Assembly: GCA_044220955.1 (NCBI GenBank)
Contig: JBGAQA010000095.1
Coordinates: forward strand, 1-24,236
Origin: Sandaracinaceae bacterium
GTDB taxonomy: Bacteria > Myxococcota_A > Polyangia > Polyangiales > Sandaracinaceae
Reading direction: 5' to 3'
Length of the DNA: 24,236 bases
This document shows, in pieces, positions 1 to 7,788 of this stretch. The notes under the pieces were generated by a model that was given only the letters and a program-made list of their open reading frames with translations, ran no database searches and had not been told where the DNA came from. Each line of letters begins with the position of its first letter. Within the stretch, counting starts at the first letter, position 1. Position numbers and translations under genes: made by a program.

Positions 1-77
1 GCTCTCGCTCTCGCTCTCGCTCTCGCTCTCGCTCTCGCTCTCGCTCTCGCTCTCGCTCTCGCTCTCGCTCTCGCTCT
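1..77. repeat. (GCTCTC)n hexanucleotide microsatellite, about 12.8 copies, running off the window edge
   Basis: Perfect tandem GCTCTC from base 1 to 77. On the minus strand it is in frame with the HTTM gene and encodes K-SESESES... Confidence 0.97.
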
Positions 78-951
78 TCCTCCGCCGCCGCCACCGCCGC
101 AGCGCCCTCTCCCACGGCACGAACACGCCGTAGGTGACCCAGAGCACCGTGAAGCGAATCCCCATGAAGTACTCGGTCGACGCGTGGAACAGGAGCGCCG
201 CGATCACCGCGAGCGCGCGGGTGCGCCGGTGGAAGACGAGGAACGGGAACGCGAGCTCGAACACGATCGTGGCGCCCGCGCCGAGGTGCAGCAGCGAGGG
301 GTATCGATCGATGCGGAAGCTCGGCTGCGTGCTCGGGTCCTCGGCCCACTTCCACCACATCTGGTTGCGCAGGTTGTCGCTCGTGACCCACGCGATCCCC
401 GACGTCGCGAGCTTGTGCACGCCCGGGAAGAAGAAGACGCACCCGAGGATCAGCCACGCGAGCCGGATCGCCGCGCCGTGTGCGCGGCCGCGCGTCGGGA
501 GCGGGCGCCCGTTCCTGCGCGCGAGCCACGCATCGACCGAGAGCGCATCGCCGCAGGGGCTCGCGGCCAGGACCACCGCCATCCAGAGCAGGTGGTGGTC
601 GTGGAACACCGCGCCTCCGAGCTGCGGCGCGAGGAGCACGTAGCTCGCCGCGAGCGAGGCGACGACGAAGCTCGTGCGCGAGAAGAGCCCCACGGCGCCG
701 GTCGAGCAGGCGCCCCAGAGCACCCAGCGCACGCCGCGGACGAGCGACGGCGTGACCGGGAGCAGCGGTACGAGCCATCCGACCCCGATCGGCGCCACCC
801 GCGCGGCCTCCGGCAGCGAGGCCGCCGCGTCCGCGACCCAGACGCTCTCGTTCCACGCGAGGAACACGGCGAGCGTGATGCGGAACACGGCGAGGTCGAG
901 CGCGGAGCCCTCGGGCGCGAGGAGCTCGCGCGCGCGATCGGCGAGCCGCAC
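1..951 (-). CDS. HTTM-domain (vitamin K-dependent carboxylase-like) integral membrane protein, 3' end beyond the window
   Basis: Not in the ORF track because no stop lies in the window. Manual translation from GTG at 951: MRLADRARELLAPEGSALDLAVFRITLAVFL...HDHHLLW...SPCGDALSVDAW...IRLAWLILGCVFFFPGVHKL...TIVFELAFPFLVFHRRTR...LLFHASTEYFMGIRF. The DALSVD, FFxGxxK, ELxxP and FH motifs are typical of HTTM. Start lies 1 nt after the phosphatase stop. Confidence 0.8.
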   Translation of the reverse strand, partial: MRLADRARELLAPEGSALDLAVFRITLAVFLAWNESVWVADAAASLPEAARVAPIGVGWLVPLLPVTPSLVRGVRWVLWGACSTGAVGLFSRTSFVVASLAASYVLLAPQLGGAVFHDHHLLWMAVVLAASPCGDALSVDAWLARRNGRPLPTRGRAHGAAIRLAWLILGCVFFFPGVHKLATSGIAWVTSDNLRNQMWWKWAEDPSTQPSFRIDRYPSLLHLGAGATIVFELAFPFLVFHRRTRALAVIAALLFHASTEYFMGIRFTVLWVTYGVFVPWERALRRWRRRRKSESESESESESESESESESESESES

Positions 952-952
952 C

Positions 953-2647
953 TCAGTCGACTCGGTGCTGGATCTCCATCCGCGACTTGAAGAACGCGTT
1001 GTGCTCGGGATCGTTGTAGCGCGCCCAGTCGAGCCGGAAGGGCACCAGCTCGAGCTCCCCGTCCTGGGCGAGCACCGTGAGCGCCATCGGCGTGACCGAG
1101 CGGTAGCTCGAGCCCTCCGGCAGGTCGTCGTTCTCCTTCCCACCGGCCGAGAACAGCGTGATCAGGGTGCCGCTCGGATCGGCATAGGTCGTCTGGATGC
1201 CCTCCTCGACCTTCTCGTGCCCGCGCACGAGCATGTGGCAGCCGATGCGCTGCATGAACGACTGGAACTGCAGCTTGCCGAAGGGGAAGCGCGCGCTCTG
1301 GTCCTGCAGCTGCGCGGGGATCACGTCGGCGCTCGAGGGGTCGCTCCACATCATCTGGAATCGGAGATCCGAGTCGTTGAGCGAGCCGAGATCCTGCCAC
1401 TTGTCCTTGATCGCGCGGTCGCGCGGGATCCCCGCGTGCACGAACATCGCCTGCCCGAAGAGCAGGACGTTCGGCATCACCTCGAAGAGCGCCATGTACT
1501 TCCGGAACACGTCGATCGAGAGGTAGGGCTTGAGCGTGTTGATCGCCTCGGCCGGCTTCACGCCGCCGTAGATCTGTCCCTTGTACTCGACGTAGTACTC
1601 GTGGTTGCCGCGCAGCACGATCACGTGCTCGGGCGCGGTGACGAAGAGCTGCAGCGCGCTGCGCAGCACGCCGTTCAGCGAGAAGATCCCCCGGTCGATG
1701 TAGTCGCCGAGCAGCACGAGCAGGGGGTAGGGATGCGCGCCCGGCTCGGCCTTGTACGCCGCGACCCTGCCGAGGAAGTCGGTCTGCATGACCGCGCCCT
1801 TGAGGCAGCTGTAGCAGCCGTGCAGGTCGCCCACGACGGTGAGGTCGAACTTCTGCCCGGGGCTCGGCGCGATCGCGTACGTGTGCCCGTCGAGGAAGAA
1901 CGAGCCCGGCGCGATGTCGTGGACCGTCTTCTTGCCCGTGAGCTGGCCCTTGCCCTTCTCGTTCATCGCCGCGATCGTCTCGATCGCCCTGTCGACGAGC
2001 GCGAGGTCGGCCTCGATCTGCTTCATCATCCGGTCGTGGTCGCTCGAGTAGTGGACCTCGAACTGCTTGAAGAAGGGGTGGTCCTCCTTGGCCGGCACCC
2101 TGTCGACGACGCTCGACATGCGCACCGGCGTCATCGTCGAGTCGTCGATCTCGATCTCGATCGCGTCCTCGGTCGATCCGAGCAGCTGCGCGAGCTCGCT
2201 CCGGAACTTCGTCTCGGCCGGGTGCATGTGGCCGTCGGCCATGATGAAGTCGTCGACCGTCTCGAGCAGGCCCTCCTGGCTCGGACGATCGAAGGTCTTG
2301 AAGAGCTCGAAGCAGCGGAGCTTGAGCTTGGCGTGCACGAACGCGTCGCGGCTCTCGTCCTTGCCGACCGGCTCGTTGAAGACGTCGGCGACGTAGCGCG
2401 TGACGTTCTCGAAGACCTCGAGGAAGTGCGTGGTGAAGCGCGCCGTCACGTCCCGCTTCGTCGCCGCGTCCGAGCCGGCCATGCCGGCCTCGACGCGTCC
2501 CTCGACGAGCTTGCCGATGTGCGCGCGGACGAACGCCTTCTCCTTCTCGTCGAAGTCGCCGTCGATGTGACCGAACGTCGTGAGCGAGAAGATGATCGCC
2601 TGCATCTGCCGCTCGGCGACCTGCGGATCGGGGCTCCAGTTCAGCAT
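953..2647 (-). CDS. TerB-like N-terminal domain fused to a PPP-family (calcineurin-like) Ser/Thr protein phosphatase, 564 aa
   Basis: PPP motifs GDLHG, GDYIDRG, LRGNHE, HAGI, MWSDP, VRGHE, TLFSA. N-terminus has two TerB-like half motifs (FGHIDGDFDEKE and IMADGHMHPAE). Start set at ATG 2647 (MLNWSP), with TATCAT 8 nt upstream. Confidence 0.88.
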   Translation of the reverse strand: MLNWSPDPQVAERQMQAIIFSLTTFGHIDGDFDEKEKAFVRAHIGKLVEGRVEAGMAGSDAATKRDVTARFTTHFLEVFENVTRYVADVFNEPVGKDESRDAFVHAKLKLRCFELFKTFDRPSQEGLLETVDDFIMADGHMHPAETKFRSELAQLLGSTEDAIEIEIDDSTMTPVRMSSVVDRVPAKEDHPFFKQFEVHYSSDHDRMMKQIEADLALVDRAIETIAAMNEKGKGQLTGKKTVHDIAPGSFFLDGHTYAIAPSPGQKFDLTVVGDLHGCYSCLKGAVMQTDFLGRVAAYKAEPGAHPYPLLVLLGDYIDRGIFSLNGVLRSALQLFVTAPEHVIVLRGNHEYYVEYKGQIYGGVKPAEAINTLKPYLSIDVFRKYMALFEVMPNVLLFGQAMFVHAGIPRDRAIKDKWQDLGSLNDSDLRFQMMWSDPSSADVIPAQLQDQSARFPFGKLQFQSFMQRIGCHMLVRGHEKVEEGIQTTYADPSGTLITLFSAGGKENDDLPEGSSYRSVTPMALTVLAQDGELELVPFRLDWARYNDPEHNAFFKSRMEIQHRVD

Positions 2648-2886
2648 GGTGCGGGATGATACGCCGGGAGGTGCGGCCGCCGGAACCCGCACCGTACGAC
2701 ATCGGCGTCGGGCACCGGCTCGCGCGACGGCAGCGCGGGGCTGCGCCGCTACGTCGGGCGGTCGCGGACCGCGCGTCGTACGTGAGCGCTCGAGTCCGGC
2801 CCGAGCAACACGCAGCCCGATCGCGACGGGCGGACGTGCCACCGTCCTCCGCGCGCAGCCAGCCCTACGTGCGCTACACTGAAGGC

Positions 2887-3435
2887 GTGCGCGCCCCCTC
2901 GTCCGCCATTCGCCCGCTCAAGCGCGTCGAGTACGAGCGGCTCGTCGCGACCGGGGCATTCGAGCACGAGCGCGTCGAGCTTCTCGACGGAATGGTGATG
3001 CAGATGCCGCCTCACGGCCCCGAGCACGACGGGACGATCGAGATCGTGAGCCGGTTGCTGTCGACGGCTCTCGGCGCGCGCGCGTCGGTGCGCGTTCAGT
3101 CCGCGTTCGCGGCGACCGGCGACGGCGAGCCGGAGCCCGATCTCGCCGTCGTCCCCGTGGGCGACTACCGCGACGCGCACCCGTCCAAAGCGTTCCTCAT
3201 CATCGAGGTTGCGGTCTCGTCCATCGCCTACGATCGGGACAAGGCGTCGACGTACGCGCGCGCGGGTGTCCCCGAGTACTGGATCATCGACGTGCCGCGT
3301 GGTGTCGTCGAAGTGCACCTCGCACCTTCCGAAGGCGCCTACGAACAGCGGACCACGCATCGCCGCCCCGAGACGCTGCGGCCTGGGGCTTTTCCGGATG
3401 TCCCCGTGCCGCTCGATCGTGTGCTCCGCGGGTAG
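2887..3435 (+). CDS. Uma2-family (DUF820) PD-(D/E)XK endonuclease-like protein
   Basis: RVELLDG, EPEPDLAVV, LIIEVAVSS, DKASTYARAGVPEYWIID are the Uma2 signature. GTG start 6 nt after TACACT. Confidence 0.92.
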   Translation: MRAPSSAIRPLKRVEYERLVATGAFEHERVELLDGMVMQMPPHGPEHDGTIEIVSRLLSTALGARASVRVQSAFAATGDGEPEPDLAVVPVGDYRDAHPSKAFLIIEVAVSSIAYDRDKASTYARAGVPEYWIIDVPRGVVEVHLAPSEGAYEQRTTHRRPETLRPGAFPDVPVPLDRVLRG

Positions 3436-3472
3436 CGCCGACGCTGCCCCAGCGCGCTATGCTGACCTCGTC

Positions 3473-4438
3473 TTGCTCTCGGACCTTCCGCCGCCGTTCG
3501 GGAAGAGAAAGCGTCCCTCGATCGAGGTCCGGCGGTTTCGCGGGACGGCGCGGCTGGCCGAGGGGCTCGAGCGGCTGCGCGTCGCGCACCTGACCGACAT
3601 GCACTTCGGGCGCGTGACGCCTCTCTCCGTGCAGGAGGCCGCCGTCGCGGCCGTGAACGCGGAGGAGCCGGACGTCGTCGTGCTCACGGGCGACTTCGTC
3701 TGCCACTCGCAGGCGTACCTCGAGCAGATGAGCGCCGTGCTCGGGAAGCTGCGCGCGCCCGCGCTCGGCGTGCTCGGCAACCACGACTACTGGTCGGGAG
3801 CGGACGAGGTCCGGCACGGGCTGAAGAAGGCGAACGTCACGCTCCTCAGCAACGCGCACACGACGATCGAGGTGCGCGGCCAGCGCCTGCAGATCCTCGG
3901 CCTGGACGACGCGTACACCGGCCACGCCGATCGCGCGCGCGCGCTGAAGGGCCTGCGCAAAGACGTGCCGACGCTCGGCCTCTCGCACATCGCCGAGGAG
4001 GCCGACGCGCTCTGGGCGCAGGGCGTCTCGCTCGTGCTCGCGGGGCACACGCACGGCGGCCAGGTGACGGTCGCGAGCCTGCACGAGCTCGCGATCGGCC
4101 GCCTCGTCGGCCACAGGTACGTCCACGGTCTCTACGGCAAGCGGAACGGCGGCGAGCAGGGCACGGGCGCCGTCTACGTGAGCGCCGGGATCGGTGCGGC
4201 GATGATCCCGATCCGCCTCGGCGATCGCGGCCGGCGCGAGGTCGCGATCTTCGAGCTCGGCGCGAGCGCGCCCGCCCTCGAAGAGCACCACGACGAGCAG
4301 CCCCCCTTGCCCGGCCGCAAGCCCTCGCCCGCGCTCGTGGAAAAGCGGCGTGCCGCGGTGGCGAAGAAGATGTGGAAGCGCGAGAGCGCGGCCGCCCAGC
4401 GGGCGCTCGCGGCCGAGCGGAAGAAGCCGCGCTCGTGA
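3473..4438 (+). CDS. YkuE/YaeI-like metallophosphoesterase
   Basis: Motifs HLTDMH, LTGDFV, LGNHD, LSH, AGHTHGGQ, YVSAGIG. Start uncertain; TTG 3473 chosen because TATGCT lies 9 nt upstream. Confidence 0.88.
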   Translation: MLSDLPPPFGKRKRPSIEVRRFRGTARLAEGLERLRVAHLTDMHFGRVTPLSVQEAAVAAVNAEEPDVVVLTGDFVCHSQAYLEQMSAVLGKLRAPALGVLGNHDYWSGADEVRHGLKKANVTLLSNAHTTIEVRGQRLQILGLDDAYTGHADRARALKGLRKDVPTLGLSHIAEEADALWAQGVSLVLAGHTHGGQVTVASLHELAIGRLVGHRYVHGLYGKRNGGEQGTGAVYVSAGIGAAMIPIRLGDRGRREVAIFELGASAPALEEHHDEQPPLPGRKPSPALVEKRRAAVAKKMWKRESAAAQRALAAERKKPRS

Positions 4439-6030
4439 CCGAGCCGACCACCCGATCGAGCGAGCGGGAGCGCGCGCCCTCCGTGACCGTGAAGTCGCTC
4501 GACGCGAGCCGCGTGGAGCACGCCACGGAGCGACGTCGCGCGCGCGCCGGCGTGCTCGTGATCTCGGTGGTGTTCCCCCTGACGACCTTCCTCGACGTGC
4601 TCTACGCCGACGTGGGCGCGCCCGGCTCGCTGCCGGCCGTTCTGGTCGTGCGTGCGGTCGCGACCCTCTACCTCTGGGCGCTCGTCGCCCGCTTCCAGCT
4701 CGTGCCCGAGATGGGCGGACGCGAGCTGCGCGTCCATCGCTACGGCCTGATCCTCTGGATGATGACGGCGCTCGCGGCGATGGGCGCCTCCCTCGGCGGC
4801 TTCGGGAGCCTGTACGGCGCGGGCGCGATCGTGCTCGCCGGCTCGCTCGCGATGTTCCCCGAGCCCTGGCGCACGCACCTCTCCATCGCGATCCCCGTCT
4901 CGCTCGTCTACCCGGCCGTGATGCTCGCGAGCCTGCTCGTCTCGCCCGTGACGCAGGCCGACGCGAGGGACTCGCACGAGGTCTTGTGGCTCATCGTCTA
5001 CTCGGTGCTCATCGCCGTGTCGGTGGTCAACGCCGTGGCCATCAGCCACCTGAGCTGGTCGCTGCGCAAGGAGGCCTTCGCCGAGAAGCGTGTCGGCCGC
5101 TACCGCCTCCGCCGGCGCCTCGGCAAGGGCGGCATGGGCGAGGTCTGGGCGGCCAAGCACGTGGGCCTGGGGCGCGAGGTCGCGCTCAAGCTGCTCGACG
5201 CGGGCCAAGGCGACGCGACCATCGCCGTCGAGCGCTTCGAGCGCGAGGTGCGCGCGACCAGCGAGCTGACGCACCCACACACCGTGCGCGTGTACGACTA
5301 CGGTGTGGCGGACGAGGGATACCTCTATTATGCGATGGAGCTGCTCGACGGCGAGCACCTCGGCGCGCTCGCTCGACGAGAGGGCCCGATCCCGGCGGCG
5401 CGGGCCGTGTACCTGATGACCCAGGCGGCCCGCGCGCTGGGCGAAGCTCACGCGCGTGGGATCGTGCACCGCGACGTGAAGGCCGAGAACCTCTTCGTGA
5501 CGATCGCGGGGGGCGAGCGCGACTTCCTCAAGGTGCTCGACTTCGGCGTCGCGAAGCTGGTGCGCCACGACGAGGCGGCCCTCACCAAGACCGGCGCGCT
5601 CGCGGGCACGCCATCGACGATGAGCCCCGAGCTGATCCGAGGCGACTCGGTGGGGCCGCCCGCCGACGTCTACGCGCTCGGCGCCGTCCTCTACTTCCTC
5701 CTCGTCGGGCGCTACCCCTTCGAGAGCGAGGCACGCTCGTCGACGATCCTCTCGCACCTGGCCGACCCGGTCGTGCCGCCGAGCGTGCGGAGCAAACAGG
5801 ACGTGCCGCGCGACGTCGAGGACCTGGTGATGCGCTGCCTCGAGAAGGATCCGGGCGCCCGCTACGCGGACGCGAACGCGCTCGCCGATGCCCTCGAGGC
5901 GTGCGGCGTCGCGGGACGGTGGCGCCCCTCGCGGGACGCACCCGCGATGCGGGCGGCGCCGGCCAGCACGGAGAACGAGCCGACGCAGACCGAGGGCGTG
6001 ACGGTGTCCCGCGGGCGCCCCGCCCGCTGA
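4435..6030 (+). CDS. Membrane-anchored Hanks-type Ser/Thr protein kinase (multi-TM N-terminus, cytoplasmic kinase domain)
   Basis: LGKGGMGEVW, VALKLL, HRDVKAEN, KVLDFGVAK, GTPSTMSPE, DVYALG. About six hydrophobic segments precede the kinase domain. GTG start overlaps the upstream stop (GTGA). Confidence 0.93.
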   Translation: MTEPTTRSSERERAPSVTVKSLDASRVEHATERRRARAGVLVISVVFPLTTFLDVLYADVGAPGSLPAVLVVRAVATLYLWALVARFQLVPEMGGRELRVHRYGLILWMMTALAAMGASLGGFGSLYGAGAIVLAGSLAMFPEPWRTHLSIAIPVSLVYPAVMLASLLVSPVTQADARDSHEVLWLIVYSVLIAVSVVNAVAISHLSWSLRKEAFAEKRVGRYRLRRRLGKGGMGEVWAAKHVGLGREVALKLLDAGQGDATIAVERFEREVRATSELTHPHTVRVYDYGVADEGYLYYAMELLDGEHLGALARREGPIPAARAVYLMTQAARALGEAHARGIVHRDVKAENLFVTIAGGERDFLKVLDFGVAKLVRHDEAALTKTGALAGTPSTMSPELIRGDSVGPPADVYALGAVLYFLLVGRYPFESEARSSTILSHLADPVVPPSVRSKQDVPRDVEDLVMRCLEKDPGARYADANALADALEACGVAGRWRPSRDAPAMRAAPASTENEPTQTEGVTVSRGRPAR

Positions 6031-6144
6031 GGGTGTGGCGGCCCCGACGACCTGCGAGGGCCCGGAGCGCGCGGTCCGAGCACCGCGTCCCGAATCCATC
6101 ACGGACCATTCGGGACCCTGCACCGGGTCGTGGTATCCGATCGC

Positions 6145-7279
6145 ATGGCCACCCATCGTGAGCTCCTCGAGAAGGTCCCCGCGCTTCTGCCGAACTACCG
6201 CCAGCCGCCGATCGTGATGGTCCGCGGCGCGGGCCGCAGCCTCTGGGACGCCGACGGGCGCGAGTACCTCGACTTCTCGGGCGGGATCGCCGTGCTCAGC
6301 GTCGGGCACTGCCATCCGAAGCTCGCGAGCGCGATCGCGGAGCAGGCCCGGACGCTGATGCACACCTCCAACCTGTTCTACACGGACAAGGAGCTGCTCT
6401 TCGCCGCCGAGCTGACGAGGCGCACCGGCTTCGGGCGCGTCTACTTCTGCAGCACGGGCACGGAGGCGAACGAGGCCCTGATCAAGCTCGCGCGTCGCCA
6501 CTTCTTCGAGCGGGGCGACGCGCAGCGCACGGAGCTGGTCGCGACGCACAACAGCTTCCACGGCCGCACGATGGGCGCGCTCAGCCTCACGGGTCAGCCC
6601 AAGTACCACGCCGGGATGCAGCCCCTGCTCCCCGGCGTGCGCCACGTCGCGTTCGGCGATCTCGACGCCATGCGCGCGGTCGTCACCGAGAGAACGGCCG
6701 CCATCTTCGTCGAGCCGGTGCAGGCGGAAGGCGGGATCCTCGTGCCGAGCGACGACTACCTCCGCGGCCTTCGCGCCCTCGCCGACGAGCGGGGGTGCCT
6801 CCTGATGTTCGACGAGGTGCAGACGGGCTACGGGCGGACCGGCAAGTTCCTCGGCCGCGAGTGGAGCGGTGTGATGCCCGACGCGTGCTCGCTCGCCAAG
6901 GGGATCGGCGGCGGCTTCCCGCTCGCCGCGATGGTGCTCGGCGAGCACCTCGCCAAGAGCCTGCCGGTCGGCAGCCACGGCACGACCTTCGGCGGCAACC
7001 CGCTCGCGTGCGCCGCCGGGCTGGCGGTGCTCTCGATCTTCGACGAGGAGAAGCTGGTGGAGAATGCGCTCGAGATGGGCGGCTACGTCGGCAGCGCGCT
7101 CGAGGCCATCGCGAGCGACGACTCGCGACGCGGGCGTGCTCGCCTCCACGGCCGGCGCCGACGTGATCCGGCTCGCGCCCGCCCTGAACGTCACCCGCGC
7201 CGAGTGCGATCGCGCGCTCGCGGTGCTCCGTCAGGCCGTGGCCGAGGCGCCGAGGACCGCGGAGGCGGCGAAGAAGTGA
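6145..7279 (+). pseudogene. argD: Acetylornithine aminotransferase (class III PLP) with apparent internal deletion and frameshift near 7122
   Basis: YLDFSGGIAVLSVGHCHP, STGTEANE, SFHGRTMGALS, EPVQAEGG, FDEVQTGYGRTG, LAKGIGGGFP, HGTTFGGNP are in frame 1. The C-terminal RDAGVLASTAGADVIRLAPALNV...* is in frame 2. The usual VRGxGL segment is missing. Confidence 0.8.
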
Positions 7280-7392
7280 GGCTCGGCCGCCGCCCGTCGC
7301 CTGCGCTCGCGACCGAGGGCGGCCCCCGACGCTCTCCGTAGGCCAGAGCCGGCACCCCGGTATGGCCAGGCCCGAAAACGCCACGTTCGCGA

Positions 7393-7407
7393 CGGCACGC
7401 CGGTTGC
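7393..7407 (+). promoter_or_regulatory. Putative sigma54 (-24/-12) promoter
   Basis: CGGCACG-CCGG-TTGC versus consensus TGGCACG-N4-TTGC (one mismatch, exact spacing). Intergenic, 13 nt before ATG 7421. Confidence 0.7.
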
Positions 7408-7420
7408 GCTGGCGCTCGGC

Positions 7421-7783
7421 ATGTCCGAAGTCCGCGTCCTCTTGGTCGAGCCCGACGGAGACCTACGGCGCGCGACCGCGAGGGCGCTCCGCGACCACTT
7501 CGAGATCACCCAGGCACACGACGCGGTCCGCGCGCTGGAGCTGATCCGAGAGGCCGAGTTCGACGTGGTGATCGCGCACGTCGAGACACCGCGCCTCGAG
7601 GGCCTCGCGCTCATCGACCGCCTCCGGGTCGAGCGGCACCGCCTCGCGCAGCACTGCGTGGTGCTCTCTGGCGACGTCGACGCCATCGGGCGCGGGGCGC
7701 GCGAGCGCTCGATCGAGCTGCTCGCCGCGCCGGCGCGGATCTCCGACCTCGTCATCGCGATCCGTCGCGCCGCCGATCGCTGA
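7421..7783 (+). CDS. Stand-alone atypical (pseudo-)receiver domain protein
   Basis: CheY-like pattern RVLLVEPD...FDVVIAHVETPRLEGLALI...VVLSG...LLAAP. The phospho-Asp position is His and the conserved Lys is Ala. Confidence 0.8.
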   Translation: MSEVRVLLVEPDGDLRRATARALRDHFEITQAHDAVRALELIREAEFDVVIAHVETPRLEGLALIDRLRVERHRLAQHCVVLSGDVDAIGRGARERSIELLAAPARISDLVIAIRRAADR

Positions 7784-7788
7784 CTCGC

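Noticed and set aside
1..77. CRISPR array or telomere-like repeat
   Set aside because: Simple hexamer tandem with no spacers, in frame within a coding sequence. No cas genes in the window.
2827..2841. Sigma54 promoter (TGGCACG on the minus strand) for the phosphatase
   Set aside because: The -12 position reads CCCG rather than TTGC.
2887..3435. Uma2 nuclease as part of a restriction or defence system
   Set aside because: Stand-alone Uma2 genes are common in such genomes, and no methylase or other defence gene is adjacent.
7105..7140. Programmed ribosomal frameshift in argD
   Set aside because: No slippery sequence, and a conserved segment is physically missing, so frameshifting could not restore the enzyme.
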